This document shows, one piece after another, positions 29,461-39,826 of a stretch of 64,000 bases of DNA. This stretch comes from an uncultured Gemmatimonadales bacterium (GTDB lineage Bacteria > Gemmatimonadota > Gemmatimonadetes > Longimicrobiales > Longimicrobiaceae). The position numbers were made by a program, and so were the translations under genes. The stretch covers positions 8,256,001 to 8,320,000 of the forward strand of contig OY970303.1 of the NCBI GenBank assembly GCA_963716255.1, in the 5' to 3' direction. Under the pieces are notes generated by a model. It made no database searches and was not told where the DNA came from. It saw nothing but the letters and a program-made list of their open reading frames with translations. Position 1 is the first letter of the stretch. Every line of letters starts with the position of its first letter.

Positions 29461-29960
29461 GGGCCGCTCCGGAGCCGGACGATACTGCCGTCCGTCTCCT
29501 GCGCGGGCTCCGGGAACCCCGCCAAACTGCCGGCGGGTTTCCCTTCGCCGGAGGGAGCCACCGGAAACGGCCCCGGTGTCTCCCTCCGAACAGCTTCTGG
29601 GAACTATGGGAACGGCACCCGCGCCGCGGCATCCGCGCGCCGTGCACGAACTCGCCCGCAACGGCAGCATCCGCCCGGCACTGCGGACTGCTCCCCTCCC
29701 CTGCTTGCGGGGGATTGGAGGGGGCAAGCCGTGGGGGAGGGGGCCCTCGCCGACGCCAGCTCGAACCCGCCCTGCGCGCGCCGTTCGCCGTTCCGCCGTC
29801 GCCGTTCCGCAGTATCCCCCAAATCCGTTGCGGAGGGAGACCCGCCGGCTGTTTGGCGGGGCTCCCGCAGCCGGAGCGGAGACAGCGGGGCCGTTTCCGC
29901 TGGCTCCGCGACCCGCGTAGGAAACAGGCCGGCAGTTTGGCCTGGTTCCGGAGCGGCCCC
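29461..29960. repeat. Inverted array of six co-varying ~30-nt hairpins (3+3) in the gap-pgk spacer
   Basis: Units GGA[AG]CC-N5-AAACNGCC-N5'-GT[TC]TCC at 29471 (variant loop), 29513 and 29554 (+) and at 29836, 29878 and 29920 (-); the two arms are imperfect inverted repeats. Confidence 0.85.
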
Positions 29961-30000
29961 ACGAACGCCCCCCCCACCGCATGATCCCAGCCCTTGCCGG

Positions 30001-30037
30001 AAAACGAATACCCCAGCCCGAAAACGAGCTGGGGTAT
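30001..30037 (-). terminator. Hairpin downstream of gap
   Basis: ATACCCCAGC...GCTGGGGTAT with a T-rich tail on the minus strand. Confidence 0.6.
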
Positions 30038-30053
30038 CCGCGGACTATGATCT

Positions 30054-31100
<1,047 letters not shown>

Positions 31101-31886
31101 TCACCCCCCGCCCGCGTCCCGCCAGCGCTCCAGCTCCGGGATCGCGCGGGCGAAGGTCGCCACGCTCACCACCCGCGCTCCCGCTTCCAGGAGCGCTTCC
31201 GCGCAGGCCACGGCGGTCGCGCCGGTGGTCCACACGTCGTCCACCAGGAGCAGGTGCTCCCCCCGGACGCCGCCCCGCCGCCCCTCCGGGACGGTGAAAG
31301 CGCCCGCTACGTTAGCCCGCCGCTCATCGGGATGCAAGGCCGTCTGCGTGCCCCCGGAGCGGGTGCGGACGAGCAGCCCGGCATCGCTGGCGCGCCCGGT
31401 CCCGGCGGCGAAGACCTCGGCCAGCAGCGCGGCCTGGTTGTAGCCGCGCTCGCGCACCCGGACCCGGCTGGTGGGCACGGGCACCACCACGCGCGCCTCG
31501 TCGTCCACGTCGCGCGGCCAGGGGAGCGCGGCCATGCGCCGGCCCAGCGGCTCCGCCAGCGCGGACCAGCCGCGGTACTTGAGGGCGTGCACCAGCCTGC
31601 GGGCGGTGTCGCCCATGACGTACGCGGAGCGCACCGCGCGCACCCCCGCCGGCAGGTCGCTGCACGCGGCGCAGCGCGGGCCGGGCTCCTTCGCGGGCGG
31701 GAGCGGGGTCCAGCAGCGGCCGCAGCGCGGCGCGGGCACCTCGCGGATGCGCGACCAGCAGACGCGGCACACCAGCCGCTCCGCGTGCGAGGTGGGCACC
31801 GGGGCGGCGCACGCGGCGCACACGGGCGCGAACACCAGGTCCAGCAGCCCGTCGCGCACGTGGGCGGCGCGGCCGCGCAGGCTCAC
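31101..31886 (-). CDS. comF: ComF-family protein (double zinc ribbon + PRTase)
   Basis: CxxC repeats, LKY.G, VPVP......RERGYNQA, LVDDVWTTGAT; GTG start overlaps the aroE stop. Confidence 0.9.
   Translation of the reverse strand: MSLRGRAAHVRDGLLDLVFAPVCAACAAPVPTSHAERLVCRVCWSRIREVPAPRCGRCWTPLPPAKEPGPRCAACSDLPAGVRAVRSAYVMGDTARRLVHALKYRGWSALAEPLGRRMAALPWPRDVDDEARVVVPVPTSRVRVRERGYNQAALLAEVFAAGTGRASDAGLLVRTRSGGTQTALHPDERRANVAGAFTVPEGRRGGVRGEHLLLVDDVWTTGATAVACAEALLEAGARVVSVATFARAIPELERWRDAGGG
31309..31337 (-). promoter_or_regulatory. Putative sigma70 promoter for the gap operon, inside comF
   Basis: TTGCAT-N17-TAACGT in a patch of A/T-ending codons. Confidence 0.5.
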
Positions 31887-32731
31887 GCGGGCCTCCCGCG
31901 CGGCGGGAGCGCGGCGCGCATGGCATCCAGCGGCGCGGGAATCCCCCACCAGCGCTCGAAGGCGGCGGCGCCCTGCCGCAACAGCATCTCCAGCCCGTCG
32001 GCGGCGGGGACGCCGCGCTCCCGCGCGGCGCGCACCCACGGGGTCTCGTCCGGCGCGTACACCAGGTCCAGCGCCGCGCCGTACTCCGGTCCGCCCTGCG
32101 GGGGGAGCGGGTGCGGGTCGCCGGGCCGCAGGCCCAGCGAGGTGGCGTTCACCGCCAGGTCGAAGCGCTCCCCCGCCAGCTCCGCGGCGGACCCGGCGAC
32201 CGCCAGCCGCGGCCCGCCGCCGAAGGCCTGCGCCAGCGCGGCGGCGCGCTCCGGGGAGCGATTCAGCACCACGACCTCGTCCGCGCCCGCGTCGGCCAGC
32301 GCGCAGAGCACGGCGCGTGCCGCGCCGCCCGCGCCCGCCAGCAGCACGCGCGCCCCCCGCGGCTCGCGCCCGAGCAGCGCCCGCGCGGCGCCCGCGAAGC
32401 CCGCCACGTCGGTGTTGTCGCCCCACACCTCGCCGCCCTCCAGCCAGAAGGTGTTGCAGGCGTCCGTGCGCTCCACGGTGGGGGTCCGGCGCTCCACCGC
32501 GAGCATGGCGGCTTCCTTGTGGGGGACGGTGACGTTGCCGGCGCCGCCCGCGCGCGCGATGCCGCGCAGCAGCTCCGGGAAGGCGGCGGCGTCGCAGCGC
32601 AGCGCCACGTACACGGCGTCCAGCCCGGCGGCGCGCAGGGCGGCGTTCTGGAACACGGGGGAAAGCGAGTGGGAGACGGGGGTGCCGAGGAGGGCCACCA
32701 CGCGGGTGGCGGCGGTGGGGGAGGAGGTCAC
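31883..32731 (-). CDS. aroE: Shikimate dehydrogenase
   Basis: G.PVSHSLSP, NVTVPHK, NTDVAGF, GAGGAARA, NATSLG, DGLEML..QG. Confidence 0.95.
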   Translation of the reverse strand: MTSSPTAATRVVALLGTPVSHSLSPVFQNAALRAAGLDAVYVALRCDAAAFPELLRGIARAGGAGNVTVPHKEAAMLAVERRTPTVERTDACNTFWLEGGEVWGDNTDVAGFAGAARALLGREPRGARVLLAGAGGAARAVLCALADAGADEVVVLNRSPERAAALAQAFGGGPRLAVAGSAAELAGERFDLAVNATSLGLRPGDPHPLPPQGGPEYGAALDLVYAPDETPWVRAARERGVPAADGLEMLLRQGAAAFERWWGIPAPLDAMRAALPPRGRPA

Positions 32732-32805
32732 CGGAAGGGGATCACGGGTGAATCGAGCGCCGAGCCGGCGCTACGCAGTCGCGGAGCCCGCCCCACCGGG
32801 AGCCC

Positions 32806-32934
32806 GCGTGAGGGATTTCGGCCCGAAGGGGCGAGACCGCGCGGCGGTTTGCGCGGGCTCGACTCCGTTAGCGAGCGTTGTTTGCTCGCTTACGGAGCCG
32901 AAGCCCGACCCCGGCGCCAGCCGGGGGCACGCCC
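32806..32934 (+). repeat. Structured dispersed repeat, Flavo-1-like (copy B)
   Basis: GCGTGAGGGAT...AGCCCGACCCCGGCGCCAGCCGGGGGCACGCCC. Confidence 0.85.
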
Positions 32935-32971
32935 AGACCAGCAGTTCAAAGCCGTTGATGCCGTTCAAAGA

Positions 32972-33478
32972 TCACGGATGGAGGATGGGGGCCAGCCGGT
33001 CGAAGACGGCGCTCACCAGCGGCTCCAGCTCGCGCAGCGTGACCTCGTACGCCTCCTCGTCGCCGCCGAAGGGGTCGCGGACCGGGGCACCCTCGCCCCC
33101 CTCCCCCGCGGCGAAGTCGCCCAGGAGGGCGACCTTGTCCCCCGCCCCGCCGCGCTCCAGCGCGTGCACGTGCGAGGGCGACATGGCGAGCACAAGGTCG
33201 GCCCACTCCACCAGCTCGGGGGTGAGGGCGCGGGACCGGTGCCCGGCCAGCTCCAGCCCGGAGCGCTCGGCCACGGCCACGGCATTGCGGGAGGCCGGCA
33301 AGCCGTCGTCCGCGGCGAGCCCGGCGGACACCACCTCCACGTGCCGCCACCCGCGGCGCTCCAGCTCCCGGCGCGCGAGCGCCTCGGCAAGCGGGGAGCG
33401 GCAGGTGTTCCCCGTGCACACGAAGACCAGGTTGAAGGTGGTCCCGCGGGGAGCGTCCGGCGCCGTGTCCTCGGTCAT
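32972..33478 (-). CDS. Low-molecular-weight protein tyrosine/arginine phosphatase
   Basis: FVCTGNTCRSPLAE P-loop, SAG, DPFGG. Confidence 0.9.
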   Translation of the reverse strand: MTEDTAPDAPRGTTFNLVFVCTGNTCRSPLAEALARRELERRGWRHVEVVSAGLAADDGLPASRNAVAVAERSGLELAGHRSRALTPELVEWADLVLAMSPSHVHALERGGAGDKVALLGDFAAGEGGEGAPVRDPFGGDEEAYEVTLRELEPLVSAVFDRLAPILHP

Positions 33479-33532
33479 GGGAGCGTGGGGAGCGGATGGG
33501 CGGCCGCGCGCCCGGCGGCGCGGCAAGCGGGA

Positions 33533-34243
33533 TCAGCCCGGCAAGCGGCGGGCCAGCGCCTCGGCGACGGCGAGGTCCGCGGGGCGCGTGACCTTGAGGT
33601 TGTCGGCGGCGCCCTCCACCACGCGCACGGGGATCCCGTAGCGCTCGCACAGGGCGGCGTCGTCGGTGGCGCGCACGCCCTCGGCGCGGGCGCGGCGGTG
33701 CGCGTCCAGGATCACGGCGCGCGGAAAGCCCTGCGGCGTCTGCGCCTGCCAGAAGAGCGCGCGGTCCGGGGTGCCGAGGACGGTCCCGTCCGCCGCCACC
33801 TCCTTGAGCGTGTCGGTCACGGGGAGCGCGGCCAGCACGGCGCCGGTACGGGCCGCCTCCAGCACGCGGCCGATGACCTCGGCGGAAACGAAGGGGCGCG
33901 CGCCGTCGTGCACCAGCACCACCTCGGCGTCCTCCGGCGTGGCGGCGAGCCCGTTCCACACCGAGTCGCCGCGCTCCTCGCCGCCGGCCACCACCGCCAC
34001 GCCCAGCTCCAGGAGCCAGGCCGGCGGGTGCGCCGCGTCCTCGGGCGGGAGCACGACCACGACGCGGCCCACGTCCGGGTGCGTGGTGAACGCCCGCGCC
34101 GCCCGCAGGAGTATCGGCTCGCCGCCCACTTCCATGTACTGCTTGCGGACGGCGCCGCCCATCCGCCGCCCGGAGCCGCCCGCCACGACGACGGCCGCGG
34201 CGCGGGGGCGGGGCTCAGCCGAAGACGGTGTCGAGGAGCGCAC
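33533..34243 (-). CDS. ispD: 2-C-methyl-D-erythritol 4-phosphate cytidylyltransferase
   Basis: AGGSGRRMG...KQY, VHDGARP, AQTPQGF, TDDA, N.KVT...DL. Confidence 0.95.
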   Translation of the reverse strand: MRSSTPSSAEPRPRAAAVVVAGGSGRRMGGAVRKQYMEVGGEPILLRAARAFTTHPDVGRVVVVLPPEDAAHPPAWLLELGVAVVAGGEERGDSVWNGLAATPEDAEVVLVHDGARPFVSAEVIGRVLEAARTGAVLAALPVTDTLKEVAADGTVLGTPDRALFWQAQTPQGFPRAVILDAHRRARAEGVRATDDAALCERYGIPVRVVEGAADNLKVTRPADLAVAEALARRLPG

Positions 34244-35606
34244 GGACGTTCTCCGTTTCCACCACGCGGATCCCCCGGGGCAGCTTGGCCGGCACCGCGC
34301 GCGGCGACAGGTACGCCCTGCCGAACCCCATCCGCGCCGCCTCCGCCAGCCGCCGCTCCACCTGCCCCACCGGCCGCACCTCGCCCCCCAGCCCCAGCTC
34401 GCCGATGAACACCGCGTCCGCGGGCACCGGCCGGTCGTACACGGTGGATGCCAGCGCGACGGCCACCGCCACGTCCCCCGCGGTCTCCGCCAGGCGGATG
34501 CCGCCCACGACGTTGAGGAACACGTCCAGCTGGCCGAAGGGAAGCCCGGCCCGCTTCTCCATCACGGCGAGCAGCAGCGCCAGCCGCCGCGGGTCGAAGC
34601 CGGTGCTCACCCGCTGCGGCGCCCCGTACGAGGCCTTCACCGCCAGCGCCTGCATCTCCACCAGCAGCGGCCGCGTCCCCTCCATGGTGGCCACCACGGC
34701 GGAGCCGGAGATGCCGCTGGCGCGCTCGCCCATGAACAGCTCGGAGGGGTTGGCGACGGGAACCAGCCCCTCCGCGGTCATGCGGAAGACGCCGATCTCG
34801 TCCACCCCGCCGAAGCGGTTCTTGGTGGCGCGCAGCACCCGGTTGTCCAGCCCGCCCGCTCCCTCGAAGTACAGTACCGTGTCGACGATGTGCTCCAGCG
34901 TCTTGGGCCCGGCGATCCCGCCCCCCTTGGTGACGTGCCCCACCAGGAACACCGCGGTCCCGGTCTGCTTGGCGAAGCGCTGCAGCCGCGCGGCGCACTC
35001 GCGCACCTGCCCTACGTTCCCCGGCGCGCCCTCCAGCTCGGGGGTGTACACCGTCTGGATGGAGTCCACCAGCAGCACGTCGGGCGCGCTCTCGGCCGCG
35101 CGCAGCAGCACGGTCTCCAGCTCGGTCTCGGCCAGCAGGCTCACCTCGCCGGCGGCGCCCCGCAGCCGGTCGGCGCGCAGCCTCACCTGGAGCGCGGACT
35201 CCTCGCCGGAAACGTAGAGCGTGCGCCGCCCCTCCGCCTCCAGCCGCGCCGCGACCTGGAGGAGGATGGTGGACTTGCCGATCCCCGGCTCCCCGCCCAC
35301 CAGCACCACCGAGCCCGGCACGATCCCGCCGCCCAGCACGAAGTCGAACTCGTCCAGCCCGGTGCTCCAGCGGGTGCTTTCCGTCCCCTGCACGTCGCGC
35401 AGCCGCACCGGCGCCGCGCTCGCACCATTGCGAGCCGAGGCGGAGGAGGGCCCACCTCCCCCGCGGCTCTTACCGCCCTTCGCGGAGGGCGCGGCCGGCG
35501 CCTCCACCAGCGTGTTCCACTCGCGGCAGCCGGGGCACTGCCCCTGCCAGCGCGACGTCTCGTTTCCGCACTCCGTGCAGAAGAACGCCGTCCTCGTCTT
35601 CGCCAT
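34215..35606 (-). CDS. radA: DNA repair protein RadA/Sms
   Basis: C4 zinc finger, GEPGIGKST, KNRFG. Confidence 0.98.
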   Translation of the reverse strand: MAKTRTAFFCTECGNETSRWQGQCPGCREWNTLVEAPAAPSAKGGKSRGGGGPSSASARNGASAAPVRLRDVQGTESTRWSTGLDEFDFVLGGGIVPGSVVLVGGEPGIGKSTILLQVAARLEAEGRRTLYVSGEESALQVRLRADRLRGAAGEVSLLAETELETVLLRAAESAPDVLLVDSIQTVYTPELEGAPGNVGQVRECAARLQRFAKQTGTAVFLVGHVTKGGGIAGPKTLEHIVDTVLYFEGAGGLDNRVLRATKNRFGGVDEIGVFRMTAEGLVPVANPSELFMGERASGISGSAVVATMEGTRPLLVEMQALAVKASYGAPQRVSTGFDPRRLALLLAVMEKRAGLPFGQLDVFLNVVGGIRLAETAGDVAVAVALASTVYDRPVPADAVFIGELGLGGEVRPVGQVERRLAEAARMGFGRAYLSPRAVPAKLPRGIRVVETENVRALLDTVFG

Positions 35607-35700
35607 CTCGCTCCCCTCCCGGTGCGGAATCAGGCGTTCTCGTACACCGTGGACGGGCGGGCGTGCGCCCGGCGATCCTGTACGGCGCGCTTCGTCCGCA

Positions 35701-37113
35701 TCATTCGGAGGGCGGCCCGTCCACGCGCCCGGAGAAGTTCTCGAAGCGGGTGAACTCCTTGAGGAACATCAGCGGGATCGTGCCCACGGCGCCGTTGCGC
35801 TGCTTGCCGATGATGACCTCGGCGCGCCCCTCGATGGAGTTGCCCTCCTTGTCCACCGGGCCGTGGTAGTATTCGGGCCGGAACAGGAACATGATGACGT
35901 CCGCGTCCTGCTCGATGGCGCCCGATTCACGAAGGTCCGACATCATCGGGCGCTTGTCGGGGCGCGACTCCACGGCGCGCGACAGCTGCGACAGCGCCAC
36001 CACCGGCACTTCCAGCTCCTTGGCGAGCGCCTTGAGGTTCCGCGAGATCTCCGACACCTCCTGCTGGCGGTTCTCCACCTTGCCGCCGCCGGTCATGAGC
36101 TGGAGGTAGTCCACGATGATCATCGCCAGGTCCGGCCGGTCCGACTTGAGGCGCCGGGCCTTGGCGCGCATCTCCAGCACCGAGATGCCCGCGGTGTCGT
36201 CGATGTAGATGGGCGCCGTGTTGAGGTACCCCGCCGCCGTCGCCAACCGCCCGTAGTCGTCGTCCGACAGCCGCCCGCGCCGCAGCCGTCCGGCGTCCAC
36301 CCGCGCCTCCGCGCACAGGATGCGCTGTACCAGCGACTCCTTGCTCATTTCCAGCGAGAAGAAGGCGACCGGCTTCTGCGCCGCGATGGCGGCGTGCTGT
36401 GCAATATTTAAAGTGAATGCCGTCTTTCCCATTGACGGCCTTGCCGCGACGATGATCAGGTCGCTCGGCTGGAACCCGGCCGTCATCTCGTCCAGGTCGG
36501 TGAACCCGGTGGGCACGCCGGTGATGGACGAGTTGTTGTTCTGGAGCTGCTCGATCTTCTCGAAGGTGGGCCACAGGATCTCCTTGATCCACACGAAGCC
36601 CTTGCGGTCGTGGCTCTGCGCGATCTGGAAGATCTTCTGCTCCGCGCGGTCCAGGACCTCCTCGATCTCCCCCTGGTTGGTGAAGGTTTCCTGGATGATG
36701 GAGGTCGCCGCCTCGATCAGCCGGCGCAGCACCGCCTTTTCGCGGACGATCTTGCAGTGGTACTCGATGTTGGCCGCGGTGGGCACCGCGTCCAGGAGCT
36801 GGGCGACGTACGGCATCCCGCCCACCGCCTCCAGGTCGCCCGCGTTCTTGAGCTCCTCCGAGAGGGTGATGGGGTCGATGACCTCGCCGCGCTCCCACAG
36901 CTTCACCATGGAGCGGAAGAGGCGGCGGTTCCCCTCCCGGTAGAACATGGTGTCGTCGATCGTCTCGATGGCCTTGACGATCGCGTCCGAGTCGATGAGC
37001 ATCCCGCCGAGCACGGACATCTCCGCCTCGGCCGAGTACGGGGGGGCGCGGTCCGCGAACGCGCCCGGCATGGGAGCGGGCGCGGACCTGGCGACGGCGG
37101 GGATGGACTGCAT
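35701..37113 (-). CDS. dnaB: Replicative DNA helicase
   Basis: AARPSMGKT, FSLEM, VDYLQL, LSQLSR, DLRESGAIEQDAD, KQRNG; no intein. Confidence 0.98.
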   Translation of the reverse strand: MQSIPAVARSAPAPMPGAFADRAPPYSAEAEMSVLGGMLIDSDAIVKAIETIDDTMFYREGNRRLFRSMVKLWERGEVIDPITLSEELKNAGDLEAVGGMPYVAQLLDAVPTAANIEYHCKIVREKAVLRRLIEAATSIIQETFTNQGEIEEVLDRAEQKIFQIAQSHDRKGFVWIKEILWPTFEKIEQLQNNNSSITGVPTGFTDLDEMTAGFQPSDLIIVAARPSMGKTAFTLNIAQHAAIAAQKPVAFFSLEMSKESLVQRILCAEARVDAGRLRRGRLSDDDYGRLATAAGYLNTAPIYIDDTAGISVLEMRAKARRLKSDRPDLAMIIVDYLQLMTGGGKVENRQQEVSEISRNLKALAKELEVPVVALSQLSRAVESRPDKRPMMSDLRESGAIEQDADVIMFLFRPEYYHGPVDKEGNSIEGRAEVIIGKQRNGAVGTIPLMFLKEFTRFENFSGRVDGPPSE

Positions 37114-37156
37114 GGGACTCCTGGGCGGTGCGAGCTATTTTTGAACGACTTGGTTC

Positions 37157-37289
37157 GGGCGTGCCCCCGGCTGGCGCCGGGGTCGGGCTTCGGCTCCGTA
37201 AGCGAGCAAACAACGCTCGCTAACGGAGTCGAGCCCCGGCGGAAACAGCCCCGCCGGGTCTCGCCCCTTCGGGCCGGAATCCCTCACGC
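37157..37289 (-). repeat. Structured dispersed repeat, Flavo-1-like (copy C)
   Basis: GGGCGTGCCCCCGG...GGAATCCCTCACGC; closest to copy B. Confidence 0.85.
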
Positions 37290-37306
37290 GGGTGCGGCGC
37301 GCGGCC

Positions 37307-38152
37307 TCAGGTACTCGCGTCGAGCACGCTTCGCAGCCGCTGCAGGTCCTCCCAGGTGGGGCGCACCCAGGCCGAAGAGCGGAGCAGCGCCGCGGGGTGG
37401 TAGGTGGCCACCAGCGGGATCCCGTGGAAGTCGTGCACCCGGCCGCGGAGCTTGCCGATGGAAGTAGGGGTCGCGAGCAGCGTCTGCGCGGCGAAGGCCC
37501 CGAAGGCGGCGATGGCGCGCGGCTTCACCAGCTCCACCTGCCGCAGGAGGTACGGCGAGCAGGCCTCCACCTCGTCCGGCATGGGGTTGCGGTTCCCCGG
37601 CGGGCGGCACTTGAGCACGTTGCAGATGTAGACCTGCTCGCGCTGCAGCCCCACCGTTCCCAGCAGCAGGGTGAGCAGCTTCCCCGCCCTCCCCACGAAG
37701 GGGCGGCCGGTGCGGTCCTCGTCCGCGCCGGGCGCTTCGCCCACCACCATCACCTCCGCATCCGGGCTCCCCTCCCCGAACACCACGTGGTTGCGCGTCT
37801 CCGCCAGCCGGCAGCGCGGGCACCCCAGCGCCACCTCGCGCACCGCGTCCAGCACCGGGAGGCGCAGGATCTCCTCCGCCGTAGCGTACGGCGCGGGCGC
37901 GTCGGGCGACGGCCGCATGGCGCCCTCCAGCGGCGGGGGCGGCGCGGCGGGGCGCGCGGCCCCCGCGGGACGCTGCGCGCTCTCGGGGCGCTCCGGGCGG
38001 GACGGGCCCGCCGGACCCGAGGCCCGCGCGGGGCCCCGCGCCAGGTCGCGCAGCGCGTCGGCGCCCAGGCCCTCCAGCACCAGCTCCGTCTCGCCCAGCT
38101 CGGCGCGCTGCCGCAGGTAGGCGCGCAGCAGCTCCCGGGGGTCCTCGCTCAT
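37307..38152 (-). CDS. Family-4 uracil-DNA glycosylase
   Basis: C..C.L, GEAPGADED, PFVG.AG, NVLKCRPP.NR, TYHPAALLR. Confidence 0.92.
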   Translation of the reverse strand: MSEDPRELLRAYLRQRAELGETELVLEGLGADALRDLARGPARASGPAGPSRPERPESAQRPAGAARPAAPPPPLEGAMRPSPDAPAPYATAEEILRLPVLDAVREVALGCPRCRLAETRNHVVFGEGSPDAEVMVVGEAPGADEDRTGRPFVGRAGKLLTLLLGTVGLQREQVYICNVLKCRPPGNRNPMPDEVEACSPYLLRQVELVKPRAIAAFGAFAAQTLLATPTSIGKLRGRVHDFHGIPLVATYHPAALLRSSAWVRPTWEDLQRLRSVLDAST

Positions 38153-39387
38153 GCGGGGCCCCGCCCGTCCAGGATGCGCTCCACCCGGTCCAGGATGCGG
38201 TCCGCCACATCGCCCTTGTGCATCAGCGGAAGCGGCTCGTCCGTTCCATCCGGGAGGAGGAAGGTGACGCGGTTGGTGTGCACCTCGAAGCCGGCGCCGG
38301 GCTCGGTGGCGTCGTTGAGCACCAGCAGGTCCAGCCCCTTTCCCTCCAGCTTGCGGCGGCCGTTGCGGAGCAGGTCGGTGGTCTCCAGCGCGAAACCCAC
38401 CACCACGCACCCCTCCGGCCGCAGCCCGCGGGTGGAAACCAGCACGTCCGCGGTGCGCTCCAGGAGGATCTCGGGGACCCCGCCGTCCTCCTTCTTGATC
38501 TTTTCCCCGGCCGCCTCGGCGGGGCGGAAATCCGCCACCGCGGCGGACATCACCAGCACGTCGGCGCCGGGGAGCGCTTCCGCCACGGCGGCGCGCATCT
38601 CCTCGGCGGTCTCCACGCGGCGCAGCGCCGGGCCCTCGGGGGGGGCGAGCGGCGAGGGGCCGGAGACCAGGAGCACGTCGGCGCCGCGGCGCCAGGCGGC
38701 GGCCGCGACCTCGTAGCCCATCCGCCCCGAGGAGCGGTTGCCGATGAACCTCACCGGGTCGATGGGCTCGCGCGTGGGGCCCGCCGTCACCACCACCCGG
38801 CGGCCGGCGAGCGGGCCGTCCCCCTCCAGCGCGCGCCCGGCGTGCGCCACGATCTCCTCCGGCTCGATCAGCCGCCCCGGCCCCTCGCCCTCGCCCCACG
38901 CCAGCGGCCCCACGGCGGGTCCGGCGACGCGGTAGCCGATCTCCGCCAGGCGGCGCAGGTTGGCCTGCGTCTGCGGGTGGGCGTACATGCGGTCGTTCAT
39001 CGCCGGGCACAGCACCACGGGCGCCTCCGTGGCCAGGAGGACGGACGACAGCAGGTCGTCCGCCATCCCCGCCGCGGCGCGGGCGAGGAAGTTGGCGGTC
39101 GCGGGGGCGACGAGCACCGCCTCGGCGTCGCGCGCCAGGCGGATGTGGGCCAGCGGGTCGCCGGCGACGTACGCGGTGGTGTGGGAGGGCCGCCCGGTGA
39201 CGGCCTCGAAGGAGAGGGGGCGCACGAACTCCAGGGCGTTGGCGGTGAACACCACGTCCACCTCCGCCCCGGCGAGGGTCAGCTCCCGCGCGACGGTGAT
39301 CGCCTTGTACGCCGCGATCCCGCCGGTGACACCAAGGAGCACGCGGCGCCCCGCGAAGGGGCGCCGCGCGCGGCGCGCGTCCGTCAT
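38149..39387 (-). CDS. coaBC: Phosphopantothenoylcysteine decarboxylase/ligase
   Basis: GVTGGIAAYK, APATAN, PAMN, TAGPTRE.IDPVR.I.NRSSGRMG, AAVADF, GFALET. Confidence 0.96.
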   Translation of the reverse strand: MTDARRARRPFAGRRVLLGVTGGIAAYKAITVARELTLAGAEVDVVFTANALEFVRPLSFEAVTGRPSHTTAYVAGDPLAHIRLARDAEAVLVAPATANFLARAAAGMADDLLSSVLLATEAPVVLCPAMNDRMYAHPQTQANLRRLAEIGYRVAGPAVGPLAWGEGEGPGRLIEPEEIVAHAGRALEGDGPLAGRRVVVTAGPTREPIDPVRFIGNRSSGRMGYEVAAAAWRRGADVLLVSGPSPLAPPEGPALRRVETAEEMRAAVAEALPGADVLVMSAAVADFRPAEAAGEKIKKEDGGVPEILLERTADVLVSTRGLRPEGCVVVGFALETTDLLRNGRRKLEGKGLDLLVLNDATEPGAGFEVHTNRVTFLLPDGTDEPLPLMHKGDVADRILDRVERILDGRGPA

Positions 39388-39534
39388 GCGGTTAGCGGGG
39401 GGCTCGAGGCTCGCAGGGGCGCCCTGGAGCGAGCGGCCCGGCGCAGGCGGCCGTCGGGACGGCCGCCCGCCGCCGGGCGCGGGGCGTGCCCCCGGCGAAG
39501 GGGGCGGCGCACGCTCGGGGCATCTCCGCTCCGA

Positions 39535-39774
39535 CTACTGGATCTCGGGGCGGGCGCGCTTGGTCAGGTGGAAGTCGACGGTTCCCGCGGCGACCTCCTC
39601 CAGGGCGATGGTGGTGAGCTTCTCGCGGACCTCGCCGCCGGTGACGGTGGGGTCCTCCATCAGCTCGCCGCGGCGCAGCTCGTTGAGGCTGCGGGCGTAC
39701 TTGGCGGCCACCAGGACGCCCAGGTACTTGCTGCCGGTGTTCCGCGCGGCGGAACCGGGGGTCACGACTCGCAT
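39535..39774 (-). CDS. rpoZ: RNA polymerase omega subunit
   Basis: SKYL.VLVAAK.AR...K.TTIALEE; lies between gmk and coaBC. Confidence 0.85.
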   Translation of the reverse strand: MRVVTPGSAARNTGSKYLGVLVAAKYARSLNELRRGELMEDPTVTGGEVREKLTTIALEEVAAGTVDFHLTKRARPEIQ

Positions 39775-39826
39775 CTATCTCGCTCCTTCTGGGGTGTGCA
39801 ATGTCGGCGCGGACGCCCGCGGCCGG

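Noticed and set aside
29461..29960. CRISPR array
   Set aside because: Units vary in sequence, are separated by only about 11-13 nt, occur in both orientations, and there are no cas genes.
35701..37113. Intein in DnaB
   Set aside because: The protein is normal length and both known insertion sites are empty.
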